A DNA stretch of 64,000 nucleotides from an uncultured bacterium. Lineage in GTDB: Bacteria; Planctomycetota; UBA1135; GCA-002686595. Positions within the stretch are counted from its first letter, which is position 1; every line of letters starts with the position of its first letter. A model generated the notes under the pieces. That model was not told the origin of the DNA and did not search any database. It saw only the letters and a program-made list of their open reading frames with translations. A program made the position numbers and the translations under genes. The stretch covers positions 96,001 to 160,000 of the forward strand of contig CALSNU010000006.1 of assembly GCA_943787795.1 (NCBI GenBank), read 5' to 3'. Positions 9,550 through 19,085 of this stretch are shown one piece after another.

Positions 9550-11163
9550 TCAGCGCAGGGTCACGCTCACCGCGTCCGTCATGTTGGAGGTCGTCACGCC
9601 GCCCACTGCGTCGCGGAACCAGCCCTGGAAGTACCAGGTCTCGCCGCACTGGGCGGACACATTCCCCGTGGGCTGGGGGAGCGAGCGGAGGTCAGCGGCG
9701 ACCGTGAAGGTCCCGCTCGGGCCGGAGTTGCCGATGACACCGCCGACGCCCCGACCGATGCTCCCGGTGAGGCAGAGGAAGCCCTCGGAGTTGCCGGGGA
9801 AGGAGATGGCCTCGGACTGGCTCGCGAGCAGGAACACAAAGGTGTCCATCGGCAGGCCGGCGCAGCTGAGGGTCAGGTCGTTACGCGCCAAGAGGTCCGT
9901 GCCCAGGGCATGGATCGAGGCGGAGAGGCCCGAGGAGTTCGGCTCGCTGCGACCACAGATCGAATCACCCACGAACTTGGTGGAGTAGACCGGGTCGAGA
10001 ATGAGGTGCGTCGCGGGGAACCCGATGGAGCCCAGGTCCGTGGGCTCGACGAGACCGCAGCTCGCGGACGCGATGTACGACGGCGCGGTCTGCCCGAGGC
10101 CGTTCGAGCCCGGGAAGTAGACGAACTCGGCGGTTCCGGGCGTCTCCTTTGCGACCTCGACCACCAGGTCGTAGCCGAGGGTCAGGACTCGGGGAGACGC
10201 GAAGCGCACGGTGATCACCTGGTTGGCACCGTCCGGGACGATCTCCTCCTGCTCGGTGAGCAGGCTCATGTTCCCGTAGGAGAACGCTGCGCCTTCGGGG
10301 ATGGAGTAGGCCCGGAGCAGGATGGGCTGACCGGCGCCCGTGGGGCTGGCGGCGAGCTCGACGCCGAAGGTGACGCCCTCGACGATGACCGCTCCGTCCA
10401 CGCCGCAGTCGGCCGCGGGGCTGTAGCGACGCAGCCACTGGTTATCGACGGCGAAGTTGCTGGGGGCCCCCGAGGTGCAGGAGATGCCGCCAGGCTCGAT
10501 CGTCTGGTTGTCCAGGCTCTGGGAGCACGTCGGGTTCGGAGCCTCGGTCTCACCGCTGATGGCGAACGCGTCGAGGGTGCCGATATCGCCACCGGCCCAG
10601 TCGTAGATCTGGAGCTCGTAGGTGCCGCCCGGGATCACAGGGATCTGGCACATGGGGGTGTCGAAGATGTTGTCGGCCCCTTGACTCCATTGACCCTGCG
10701 GATCGGCGAAGAAGTACTGCTCGTACGGTCCCTCGATCAGCTCGGAGCCGTTGTTGCAGCCGGCGCCCGAGGAGGTCGGCCATCCAAGCCCGCCGCTCTC
10801 GACGACGCTGTAGTCCCCGATCACATCGCAGGAGGAACCAAAGCTGCTCGAGTTCATGTAGTTGACCCGGTTCACCAGGACGTGACCGGTGCCGTTCGGA
10901 TCAAACAGCACGATCTGAAGGTCACCAATCCAGGTGTGATCCAGCCCGTTCAGGTGGATGGCGTCGATCGTCGCGGCGTCGGACGGCAGGGTCACGGTCG
11001 TCGACAGCGCCCCCCCAGGGGCGGGAATCGCAACCGGGAAGGTGCCCAGCCCGCCGCCGGTGTTGTCGGGGATCGCCCCTCCAGCACCGGTGACGTTGAA
11101 CTGGGCCGCGGAGGGCGCGGCGAGTGCGGCCGCGGCGCTGATGAGGAGGGGAAGTTGCTTCAT
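9550..11163 (-). CDS. Secreted protein: proprotein-convertase P-like domain plus shared C-terminal domain
   Basis: Signal peptide; IPDN...HTWIGDLQIVLFDPNGT (P-domain-like); C-terminal PNSSG...NDLTL...LCLTGSIGR...TWYFQGWFRD...SNMTDAVSV. Confidence 0.85.
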   Translation of the reverse strand: MKQLPLLISAAAALAAPSAAQFNVTGAGGAIPDNTGGGLGTFPVAIPAPGGALSTTVTLPSDAATIDAIHLNGLDHTWIGDLQIVLFDPNGTGHVLVNRVNYMNSSSFGSSCDVIGDYSVVESGGLGWPTSSGAGCNNGSELIEGPYEQYFFADPQGQWSQGADNIFDTPMCQIPVIPGGTYELQIYDWAGGDIGTLDAFAISGETEAPNPTCSQSLDNQTIEPGGISCTSGAPSNFAVDNQWLRRYSPAADCGVDGAVIVEGVTFGVELAASPTGAGQPILLRAYSIPEGAAFSYGNMSLLTEQEEIVPDGANQVITVRFASPRVLTLGYDLVVEVAKETPGTAEFVYFPGSNGLGQTAPSYIASASCGLVEPTDLGSIGFPATHLILDPVYSTKFVGDSICGRSEPNSSGLSASIHALGTDLLARNDLTLSCAGLPMDTFVFLLASQSEAISFPGNSEGFLCLTGSIGRGVGGVIGNSGPSGTFTVAADLRSLPQPTGNVSAQCGETWYFQGWFRDAVGGVTTSNMTDAVSVTLR

Positions 11164-11232
11164 GGCAGGAGGCTCTTTTGTTGTGCCCGACGTGTGAGCG
11201 GCGGGCGGGGCAGTGGAGGCGGAGGTTCTCGT

Positions 11233-11345
11233 AAGGGCGGTTGGCAGCCCGCTCTTAAGGGTTTACCCGTCTGATGTGACGTCACTATAGGGAATGCCCG
11301 ATGCTTTCGGGGTAAGCGTTCGGGGTAAACCCGTATTTGTTTCCA
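11233..11345. promoter_or_regulatory. AT-enriched divergent promoter region with a palindrome and direct/inverted repeats
   Basis: GTGACGTCAC palindrome at 11276-11285; inverted GGGTTTACCC...GGGTAAACCC; TTCGGGGTAA x2; minus-strand TATAGT -10-like box. Confidence 0.5.
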
Positions 11346-11467
11346 GCGCGAGGCCGGTGGTGCGGCTCTATTGCGCCTGCGGGCACCTGGGCGGGCCAGG
11401 GACGCAAGCTGGTCCATCGCCCCTGCGGCGACCTCAGGCCTCGGCCCTGACGGACCTCGAAGCCCAA

Positions 11468-11551
11468 TGAACCTGGCCAGCGGAGCTGTGAACCCGGGCA
11501 GCGGAGCTGTGAACCCGGGCAGCGGAGCTGTGAACCCTGGTAGCGGAGCTG
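11468..11551. repeat. 21-bp tandem repeat (TGAACCCGGGCAGCGGAGCTG) x4
   Basis: Two perfect and two near-perfect copies; intergenic. Confidence 0.95.
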
Positions 11552-11676
11552 GCGAGAGGCCCGCTGGGGCCTTGCGGGACGGCGGGGGCACACACCTCGG
11601 GGTTGGATGTTGCATTTTGGCTTGATTTTGGGGTCGGAGGGGGACGATCGGCAGAGGGAGACGGACGGTCTGCAGG

Positions 11677-13446
11677 ATGAGCGTGAACCCCATGGAAGCC
11701 CCCGAAAGAGCGTCATCGACCGATACGGCGGCCCGCAGGCGGCTGGGCGCGGGAAGGTCCGGCCAGGTCTTCGAGGAGACGCTCCCGGACGGACGCTCCC
11801 TCGCTTGCAAGGTGTTCCTGCCGGACCGCGCGAGCAGCCTCGTGAATCTCGCTCTCACAGGCGCAGTGAACCCCTATCGCTGGAACGCGGACGCCGTGGA
11901 ATGCGCGGTGTTGCGGCGCAGGATCCTGGCTCCGCTCGTGGAGTATTGGTTCAAGGGGGCGCTCCGGCTGCCGGAGACCCACGGGGCGCGATGGGATGAG
12001 GAGCACCGGGCCTTCGAGCTGCGTGCCGAACGCGTCCTGGGCCGTCATACCCAGCTGCAGCATTCGCTCGGGGACGGTGACGAGGATGAGGTCAGCGATC
12101 TCGTCGGCGGCTTCATGCGTCCACTCCAGAAGCACCTCGCGGAGAGCGGCTTCGACGGGCTGCTCTGGCAGGCGGGAAAGGGGAACCCGGTGGCCGCCGC
12201 GAACTACATGCGAGACCTCTCGTCCGCGCCAGCACGCTGGGTCTGGATCGACGCCGAATCGGGCGTCCCGGCGCTCGTTCCCATGGCGTTCTGGACCCTC
12301 GCCACCACGTATCTCCCGCTTTGCGCCAAGCACCGCTGCTGGCTCTTCGACGACGTGGATTGCGCGCGACTCGCGGGCTACCTCGAGGGCAAAGGCGGCG
12401 CGCTCAGAGCGCAACTCGGCCATGAAGGCTACCGCGAGCTATGTGCCCTGGCAGCGGACCTCGGGGCGGCGCAGTCACGATGGCGAGCCCTGAAGCGGCA
12501 CCAGCGGGGCGTCCAAGCTCACCTCGCCGCTGGGAAGCTCACGGCGGAGGATGCGCCGCGCTATCTGGGGAGCTCGCTGCGCTGGAACGGGCATCTGCTG
12601 CTCCGCGCGGTGACCTCCATGCCACGTCGGGTCAGGGGGCTCGCGGCGGCGGCCTGGTCGCGGGTGAGCTTCCGGGGCAGCCTCCGCGGCCTGGCGTCCT
12701 ACGGGCGGTTCTTCCTCTTGCGCTCGCGCCGACAGCGCTGGGCCAACCATCACGTCCGACGACGGGTCCTGGACTGGCGCAAGCGCGGCATGCTCACACC
12801 CGAGAGCGCCGCCGCGGTCAAGACCTCCATGGCCTCCGACGAGGCGGCCGAGTACGTGGCGGACTTCGGAGTGCATCTCGCGATCAAGCCCGTGGTAAAG
12901 GTCCTCACGTGGGGCGCCCTGCCGCTGCTCGCCTTGAGTGGGGCGGCGGACCACTGGATGCTCGTTGGGCTGCTGGCGTTCAGCGGCGCCCTCGGCAGGA
13001 CGGCTTACACCGCAGGGCGGGTCCTCCAGGCTGCCCTGCGCGGACGCCGGGCCCCCTGGCTCGCCCTCGGCGTCGGAGCGCTGCCGGTGGTGGGCAACGC
13101 CGCCTTCCCCATCCAACTGCTCGCCGCCACGCGGGACCGCGATGCGCGGGTCGCTCGCTTCCTCGTCCACGACATTCTCTCCGGGATCGGGCGTCGACTT
13201 CCGATCTGGGGTGGCGCGGACACGCTGCTGGAGCACGGCTTCAACCGGGTGGCGCTCATGCTCTGCGCGGGAGGCTTCACGGCGAAGGTCACCCCGCTCC
13301 AGGCCGCGTCCATTGGCGCCCCCATGGAATCGAGGCGGCCTGAGGGCTGCGAGGCCAAGGGGGCGCTGGAGCGCGCGCCCTCGCTCATGCCCGCCGAGGT
13401 GACGCCTGAGCGCCTCAAGGCCCGCGAGCAGACGCCCCGAGCCTGA
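11677..13446 (+). CDS. Hypothetical protein with a kinase-like N-terminus and C-terminal membrane helices
   Basis: LGAGRSGQV (Gly-loop-like), ACKVF (VAIK-like) and WIDAESG (DFG-position-like); hydrophobic segments near the C-terminus. Confidence 0.65.
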   Translation: MSVNPMEAPERASSTDTAARRRLGAGRSGQVFEETLPDGRSLACKVFLPDRASSLVNLALTGAVNPYRWNADAVECAVLRRRILAPLVEYWFKGALRLPETHGARWDEEHRAFELRAERVLGRHTQLQHSLGDGDEDEVSDLVGGFMRPLQKHLAESGFDGLLWQAGKGNPVAAANYMRDLSSAPARWVWIDAESGVPALVPMAFWTLATTYLPLCAKHRCWLFDDVDCARLAGYLEGKGGALRAQLGHEGYRELCALAADLGAAQSRWRALKRHQRGVQAHLAAGKLTAEDAPRYLGSSLRWNGHLLLRAVTSMPRRVRGLAAAAWSRVSFRGSLRGLASYGRFFLLRSRRQRWANHHVRRRVLDWRKRGMLTPESAAAVKTSMASDEAAEYVADFGVHLAIKPVVKVLTWGALPLLALSGAADHWMLVGLLAFSGALGRTAYTAGRVLQAALRGRRAPWLALGVGALPVVGNAAFPIQLLAATRDRDARVARFLVHDILSGIGRRLPIWGGADTLLEHGFNRVALMLCAGGFTAKVTPLQAASIGAPMESRRPEGCEAKGALERAPSLMPAEVTPERLKAREQTPRA

Positions 13447-13609
13447 CCTCGGGGTCGCCGGCGACGAAGGGTCACCGGGCCCCCCCCTCGCGGACCGGAT
13501 CGAGGGCGCTTCAGGGGTTGGCCGGCCCGTGGATTGCTCGGCCAGTGAGTCCGCTCGTTCTGCTACCCCTCCTCTTCCCCCGGAGGGCCTCGGTGGGTAG
13601 CGTGCCACG

Positions 13610-14608
13610 ATGCTCGAAGGGAAGACAGTCCTCGTGACCGGTGGTACTGGGTCGTTTGGTCACGCATTCGTGCCCATGACCCTGGAGCGCTACAAGCCGA
13701 AGAAGCTCATCATCTACTCGCGGGATGAGATGAAGCAGTGGGACATGGCGAAGCGCTTCGAGGGCAACAGCGCCCTGCGCTTCTTCATCGGCGATGTGCG
13801 CGACCGCGAGCGCCTCTACCGGGCGCTGGACGGCGTGGACTACGTGGTCCACGCCGCCGCGACCAAGATCGTCCCCACGGCCGAGTACAACCCCTTCGAG
13901 TGCGTCAAGACCAATATCAACGGCGCCATGAACCTGATCGACGCGTGCATCGACAGCGGCGTCAAGCGGGTGGTCGCGCTCTCCACGGACAAGGCGAGCA
14001 GCCCCGTGAACCTCTACGGAGCGACCAAGCTCGCCTCGGACAAGCTCTTCATTGCCGGCAACTCGTACTCCGGGGAGCACGAGACGCGCTTCGCCGTGGT
14101 GCGCTACGGCAACGTCATGGGGTCGCGAGGCTCGGTGATCCCCTTCTTCATGTCGATCAAGGATCAGGGCAAGCTCCCGATCACGGACCCGCGCATGACG
14201 CGCTTCATGATCTCCCTCCAGGAGGGCGTTGAGCTGGTCTACACGGCGCTCGAGGACATGGTGGGAGGGGAGATCTACGTGAAGAAGATCCCGTCCATGC
14301 GGATGGAGGACCTCGCCACCGCGGTCGCGCCGGAGGCCGAGCAGCACATCATCGGGATCCGACCTGGAGAGAAGCTGCACGAGCAGATGATCAGCGCCGA
14401 GGATTCCCTCTCCACGTACGAGTACGAGGACTACTACAAGATCCTCCCGGCCATCCACAACTGGTCCACCGATGCGGGTCGCATCAAGGACGGTCAGAGG
14501 GTGCCCGAGGGCTTCACCTACTCGAGCGAGACGAACGAGGACTGGATGTCCAGCGACGCACTCCGCGCCTGGATCGATGCGAACCGCGAGAAGATCGGCG
14601 CGATCTGA
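13610..14608 (+). CDS. pseB: UDP-N-acetylglucosamine 4,6-dehydratase (inverting)
   Basis: TGGTGSFG, SRDEMKQ, HAAATKIVPTAEYNPFEC, LSTDKA, YGATK and RYGNVMGSRGSVIP; pse cluster context. Confidence 0.95.
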   Translation: MLEGKTVLVTGGTGSFGHAFVPMTLERYKPKKLIIYSRDEMKQWDMAKRFEGNSALRFFIGDVRDRERLYRALDGVDYVVHAAATKIVPTAEYNPFECVKTNINGAMNLIDACIDSGVKRVVALSTDKASSPVNLYGATKLASDKLFIAGNSYSGEHETRFAVVRYGNVMGSRGSVIPFFMSIKDQGKLPITDPRMTRFMISLQEGVELVYTALEDMVGGEIYVKKIPSMRMEDLATAVAPEAEQHIIGIRPGEKLHEQMISAEDSLSTYEYEDYYKILPAIHNWSTDAGRIKDGQRVPEGFTYSSETNEDWMSSDALRAWIDANREKIGAI

Positions 14609-14691
14609 GGAGGCGACAACGTGGTGTGGAGCCCCAATGGTCACCGAGCGGCGGATGAGATGATCGCTCCCCTGAGTGGATCGAGCCTGGA

Positions 14692-15388
14692 ATGAGGCTG
14701 GCCGTTATTCCAGCCCGCGGTGGCAGCAAGCGCATCCCGCGCAAGAACGTGCGGGACTTCTGCGGTAAGCCGATCATCGCGTGGTCGATCGAGGCGGCGA
14801 CCGCGGCCGGGTGCTTCGATCGCGTGGTCGTTTCCACGGATGACACCGAGGTGGCCTCGATCGCGAGGGCCTGGGGGGCGGAGGTTCCCTTCGTTCGGCC
14901 TGCCGAACTCTCCGATGACCACACGGGGACCGGCCCGGTGATGGCCCACGCGGCGTCCGCGTGCCAGCTCGATGATGGAGATCTGCTCTGTGCCATCTAT
15001 GCGACCGCTCCGTTCCTCTCCGCTGAGGACTTGCTGGGTGGTCTCAGAGCGATGGAGGACTCCGATGCGGACTACGCCCTCTCGGTGACGACGTTCCCGT
15101 TCCCGATCCAAAGGGCGGTTCGGACGACCAAGGCGGGGCGCCTCGAGATGCTGGACCCGTCCCAGGCCGAGGTTCGGTCCCAGGACCTCGAGGAGGCCCT
15201 GGCACGACGCGGGGCAGTTCTACTGGGGCCGACCGAGGGCCTGGACCGAGGGCGCTCCCATCTTCTCCAGCGGCTCGCTCCCCGTCCCGATCCCTCGTCA
15301 TCGGGTCCAGGACATTGACACGCCAGAGGACTGGCAGCGCGCTGAGCTCATGTTCCAGGCCCTTCACGGGCGGAAGGGCGGCGCCTGA
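14692..15388 (+). CDS. pseF: Pseudaminic acid cytidylyltransferase; +1 frameshift at CCC 15197-15199
   Basis: IPARGGSKRIPRKN, STDD and YATAPF motifs. Removing one C restores RSQDLEEAWHDAGQFYWG...VQDIDTPEDW and a TGA at 15386-15388 that abuts the next ATG. Confidence 0.88.
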
Positions 15389-15955
15389 ATGTCACCTCGC
15401 ACTGGAGCCGCCCGGGGCGAGCGCCCGCGCGGGGCGCTGCGCCCGTTGGAGGAGCAGGACCTGGAACTGGTCCTGTCGTGGCGGAATCATCCTGATGTCC
15501 GCCGTTGGATGTACACGAGCCACGAGATCGGCCTTGAGGAACACCGTCGCTGGTTCAAGGGCGCCGCTGTGGACGCCTCACGCTTCCTGCTCGTCTACGA
15601 GCTCCAGGGCATTCCCTCGGGATACGTGAACCTGACCATGGAGGAAGAGCGACCGGGCTCGGCCACCTGGGGCTTTTACCTCGCCCCTGACGCGCCCCTG
15701 GGGTCCGGACGAGGGCTTGGGCGGGCTGCGCTGGAATTCGCCTTCGAGTCGGTCGGTGTCGAGGTGTTGCGGGGGGAAGCTCTCGCGTCCAATCTGAACT
15801 CAATTGCCTTCCATCGACGGCTCGGCTTCTCTGACGCCGGCCAGCTGGAGGCCCACCATCGGAGCCCCGATGGGGCCACCCACGACGTCGCCAGCTTCAC
15901 GCTGGAGCGTGCGGCGTGGGCGTCAGCCAGGGACTCGAGGAGCGAACTCAAATGA
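15389..15955 (+). CDS. pseH: UDP-4-amino-4,6-dideoxy-N-acetyl-beta-L-altrosamine N-acetyltransferase (GNAT)
   Basis: LSWRNHPDVRRWMY, EEHRRWF, WGFY, GSGRGLG and N..SIAFHRRLGF; lies between pseF and pseI. Confidence 0.88.
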   Translation: MSPRTGAARGERPRGALRPLEEQDLELVLSWRNHPDVRRWMYTSHEIGLEEHRRWFKGAAVDASRFLLVYELQGIPSGYVNLTMEEERPGSATWGFYLAPDAPLGSGRGLGRAALEFAFESVGVEVLRGEALASNLNSIAFHRRLGFSDAGQLEAHHRSPDGATHDVASFTLERAAWASARDSRSELK

Positions 15956-17007
15956 GCCAACCCACCTTCGCGATCCAGGGCCGTGCAATTGGGCCAGCCG
16001 AGCCGCCGTACGTGATCGCTGAGATGTCGGCGAACCACAACGGGAGCATCGAGACCGCCAAGCGGATCATCGAGGAAGCCAAGCGGCGTGGGGCGGACGC
16101 GGTCAAGCTTCAGACTTACCGCCCGGACACGATCACTCTCAACGGCGACTCCGAGGACTTCTGGATCCGTGGCGGGCTCTGGGACGGTAAGAGCCTCTAT
16201 CAGCTCTATGAAGAGGCGCACATGCCGTGGGAGTGGCACGAGCCGCTCTTTGCCCACGCCCGCGAGGTCGGGATCGCGATCTTCTCGAGCCCCTTTGATG
16301 ACACCGCGATCGAGCTCCTCGAGAGCCTCGATGCGCCCGCGTACAAGATCGCGTCCTTTGAAGCGGTGGACACCCCGCTCATCCGGCGCGCCGCTGCCAC
16401 CGGGAAGCCGTTGATCATCTCGACGGGGATGGCAGACGAGCAAGAGATCGCTGAAGCGGTGGAGGCTGCCAGGAGCGCGGGGTGTGAGCACCTGGCGCTG
16501 CTGCACTGCGTCAGCGGCTATCCGGCGCCGGCCGCGGATTACAACCTTCGCACCTTGGCAGACATCCGGGACCGTTTCGGTGCCGTGGTGGGGCTCTCTG
16601 ACCACACGCTCGACAACACGACAGCGGTCACCGCGGTGGCCCTTGGTGCCTGCGTGGTGGAGAAGCACTTCACTCTGGATCGTTCCGCCGGCGGCCCAGA
16701 CGACTCTTTCTCCCTGGAGCCGGAGGGCCTCGAGGAGCTCTGCGTCGGCGCCCGCACGGCCTGGGAGGCGCTTGGCAAGGTGGACTACGGTCGCAAGTCG
16801 AGCGAGCAGGGCAACGTTCAGTTCCGTCGCTCCCTCTACTGGGTGGCTGACCTTGAGGCTGGGGCCGAGGTCACGGCTGCGGCGCTCCGTAGCGTGCGAC
16901 CCGGCTACGGACTCGCGCCGAAGCACCTCGAGGGTCTCATCGGTCGGCGCGTGGCGCGCGCGGTTCGAGCGGCAACGGCGACCAAGGCAGAGGACTTCCT
17001 CCCTTGA
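15952..17007 (+). CDS. pseI: Pseudaminic acid synthase (NeuB family with SAF domain)
   Basis: IAEMSANHNGS, KLQTY, YKIASFE, LHCVSGYP, GLSDHT, EKHFTL, DSFSLEP and RPGYGL; ATGA overlap with pseH. Confidence 0.95.
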   Translation: MSQPTFAIQGRAIGPAEPPYVIAEMSANHNGSIETAKRIIEEAKRRGADAVKLQTYRPDTITLNGDSEDFWIRGGLWDGKSLYQLYEEAHMPWEWHEPLFAHAREVGIAIFSSPFDDTAIELLESLDAPAYKIASFEAVDTPLIRRAAATGKPLIISTGMADEQEIAEAVEAARSAGCEHLALLHCVSGYPAPAADYNLRTLADIRDRFGAVVGLSDHTLDNTTAVTAVALGACVVEKHFTLDRSAGGPDDSFSLEPEGLEELCVGARTAWEALGKVDYGRKSSEQGNVQFRRSLYWVADLEAGAEVTAAALRSVRPGYGLAPKHLEGLIGRRVARAVRAATATKAEDFLP

Positions 17008-17050
17008 GCGCCACGGAAGGAGGCCTTCCGCGGCGGCGGAGGAGGACCCC

Positions 17051-17986
17051 GTGAGCGTTCCCGAAGGTGCCAGCGCCTCCGGCGTCCTCGAGCTTGAGGT
17101 GGTCCCGCCCTCGGCGCTCCACGGAGTTCAGGGTTGGCTCGCGCGTCAGGCGGTCAAGGGCTGGCTTCCACTCCGGCGCAGCTGGCCGCCCGCGGCCCTC
17201 GCGGCGACCGGGCGGACAGGCCGCTTGTCGCTAGAGCTGGTAAGCCACTGCTGGAACTACTCGCACCTGCTCGAGTGCCAGCTCGGCAGCCTGGTGGCGG
17301 CGCCTCCGCGGGCCGTGGACGTGACCATGACCGTCTACCACAGCCTGGAGGACGCAAGGACCGTAGAGCTCCTGGACCTGGTCTCCGGGCGGAAGGTCCC
17401 CGGTGTGCGCTGGGACTGGCGGGCTCTGCCGCCCGAGCAACTCTTCCGGCGGTCCATTGGCCGGAACCATGCAGCGCTCGCCACCGAGGCGGACTGGATC
17501 TGGTTCACCGATTGCGACGTCCTCTTCACCGAGGGCTGCCTGGATGCGCTCGGCGCGGCGCTGCAGGGCCGGACCGACCCCCTGGTCTACCCAGCCATCG
17601 AGCTGCTGACCCCGCTCCTCACAGACGACATGATTCAGGGCGCTTCAGAGCCTGCGCTGCGCGATCTCGCGGGGAGCTTGGAGTTGGTGGAGGTCCCCGT
17701 CACTCGCGCAAAAGGGCCGCTCCAGATCACCCACGGGGATGTGGCGAGGGCGAACGGCTACTGTCGGGACATGGCGGTCTACCAGCGCCCGGAGCTCGCC
17801 TTCGCCAAGTGCCACGAGGATACGGCCTTTCGTTGGCTCCTCGGCACCGCAGGTGCGCCCCTGACGGTGCCCGGTGTGGCGCGGATACGTCACGAATCGA
17901 AGGGGCGCTACGCCGGCGGGGGCGTCAGCCAGGCGGTGCGCAAGGCGGTCCGCCGGGTTCAAGAGTGGGTACGACACCCCGGGTGA
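17051..17986 (+). CDS. GT-A fold (family 2-like) glycosyltransferase
   Basis: RSIGRNHAA, WIWFTDCD (DxD) and HED motifs; GGAGGA upstream of GTG 17051; follows pseI. Confidence 0.72.
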   Translation: MSVPEGASASGVLELEVVPPSALHGVQGWLARQAVKGWLPLRRSWPPAALAATGRTGRLSLELVSHCWNYSHLLECQLGSLVAAPPRAVDVTMTVYHSLEDARTVELLDLVSGRKVPGVRWDWRALPPEQLFRRSIGRNHAALATEADWIWFTDCDVLFTEGCLDALGAALQGRTDPLVYPAIELLTPLLTDDMIQGASEPALRDLAGSLELVEVPVTRAKGPLQITHGDVARANGYCRDMAVYQRPELAFAKCHEDTAFRWLLGTAGAPLTVPGVARIRHESKGRYAGGGVSQAVRKAVRRVQEWVRHPG

Positions 17987-18074
17987 GGGGGCGCCTTCGG
18001 ACCGGCCCCTCGCCGCCACTCGGGCGAGGCGTGGCCTTTGACCTCGAGCGCTCGCCAGCGACAGCAGGGTGCTG

Positions 18075-19085
18075 TCAGTCCGCCGGTTGGTTGGACTCAG
18101 GGATGGGGACCACGATCACTCGATCATTCCCTTCGTAGTGCTTGTAGGTCGAGGAGAACGCAGACCCCGTGCGCGGGCGCACGAATGCGCTGGTGTCGAG
18201 CCGGAAGACCTTGACGCGTAGCTGGTCGTGCATCGCCGTCAGGGTGTCCGTGGCGGTGGTTCCGAACGTCCAGACCTCCGGGTGGTGCGGAGCCCAGATG
18301 GCATTAAAGGCGAGCTCGAGCGGGACGTCGTACCGGACCACCTTGAAGCCCAGGCGTTGTCCAAGGTGACGCATGCCCTCCTCGTCATCGCGTCGATGGA
18401 GGACATAGGTCACGGGTCGGCCGTCGCTTGAGGCCAGGACTTGCTGGAGGTCCTCCTCGAAGCGGCCATAGAGGTGTGCAATGTGCGTGCCGATGAAGAG
18501 CACTTCGTCGGACCTCAGCGGCTCGACGCCGTGGACGTCGGATCGACGGAGGAGCTCGGTGACGCGGGTGAGCCGGTTCGGCTGAGCCGCGCGTCCGAGC
18601 CGCGTCGCGAGCGCGTCGTAGAAGGTGAACAAGGACGCCGACTGGACGAAGGAGCGACTGAGTGGCCAAGGGGCGCGGCCGGGGAGCCCCGCCAGGTGTG
18701 GTGCGGTCAGGATGTTGATGGTCTTCTGCCCGTCGTCCACCATGGTCGTTTCCTCCGGGCCGAGTAGGTTGACGAGGACAGCGACCCAGCTCGTATAGGT
18801 TCCGAAGAAGACCCGACGGACGCTGCCCCTCAAGCGGAGGCAGAGGCGAGCCAGTTTGAATGGAAGCCACAGTCGTGGGAGGCCGCTGACACGAAGGAAG
18901 GTGACCCGGCGCACTCCAAGGTCGGAGAGCAACGCGGCCATCTGGGCCTGGATACGGCGACTCCGCCACAGCACCACAAACTCGGCCTCGACGCCCTTCG
19001 CCAGACAGGCCTCCACGAGGTTAAGCACCTGCAGCGGTGTCTGGCCGATGCAGAGGCTTGTCCCATTAGTCGCTGAGAGGGTCAT
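18075..19085 (-). CDS. Putative GT-B nonulosonate (sialyl/pseudaminyl) transferase-like protein
   Basis: TPLQVLNLVEA, VDDG.KT, YVLHRRD, VPLE and FGTTA resemble bacterial sialyltransferase-like motif spacing. The real start is probably ATG 19085; the upstream part of the 666-aa ORF is low-complexity. Confidence 0.6.
   Translation of the reverse strand: MTLSATNGTSLCIGQTPLQVLNLVEACLAKGVEAEFVVLWRSRRIQAQMAALLSDLGVRRVTFLRVSGLPRLWLPFKLARLCLRLRGSVRRVFFGTYTSWVAVLVNLLGPEETTMVDDGQKTINILTAPHLAGLPGRAPWPLSRSFVQSASLFTFYDALATRLGRAAQPNRLTRVTELLRRSDVHGVEPLRSDEVLFIGTHIAHLYGRFEEDLQQVLASSDGRPVTYVLHRRDDEEGMRHLGQRLGFKVVRYDVPLELAFNAIWAPHHPEVWTFGTTATDTLTAMHDQLRVKVFRLDTSAFVRPRTGSAFSSTYKHYEGNDRVIVVPIPESNQPAD

Noticed and set aside
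11282..11292. TCACTATAGGG matches the 3' part of the T7 promoter
   Set aside because: The upstream TAATACGAC specificity region is absent and there is no phage or vector context; best treated as chance within a host promoter.
16484..17050. N-terminal extension of the glycosyltransferase ORF
   Set aside because: It overlaps pseI out of frame; a GGAGGA-preceded GTG at 17051 is the better start.
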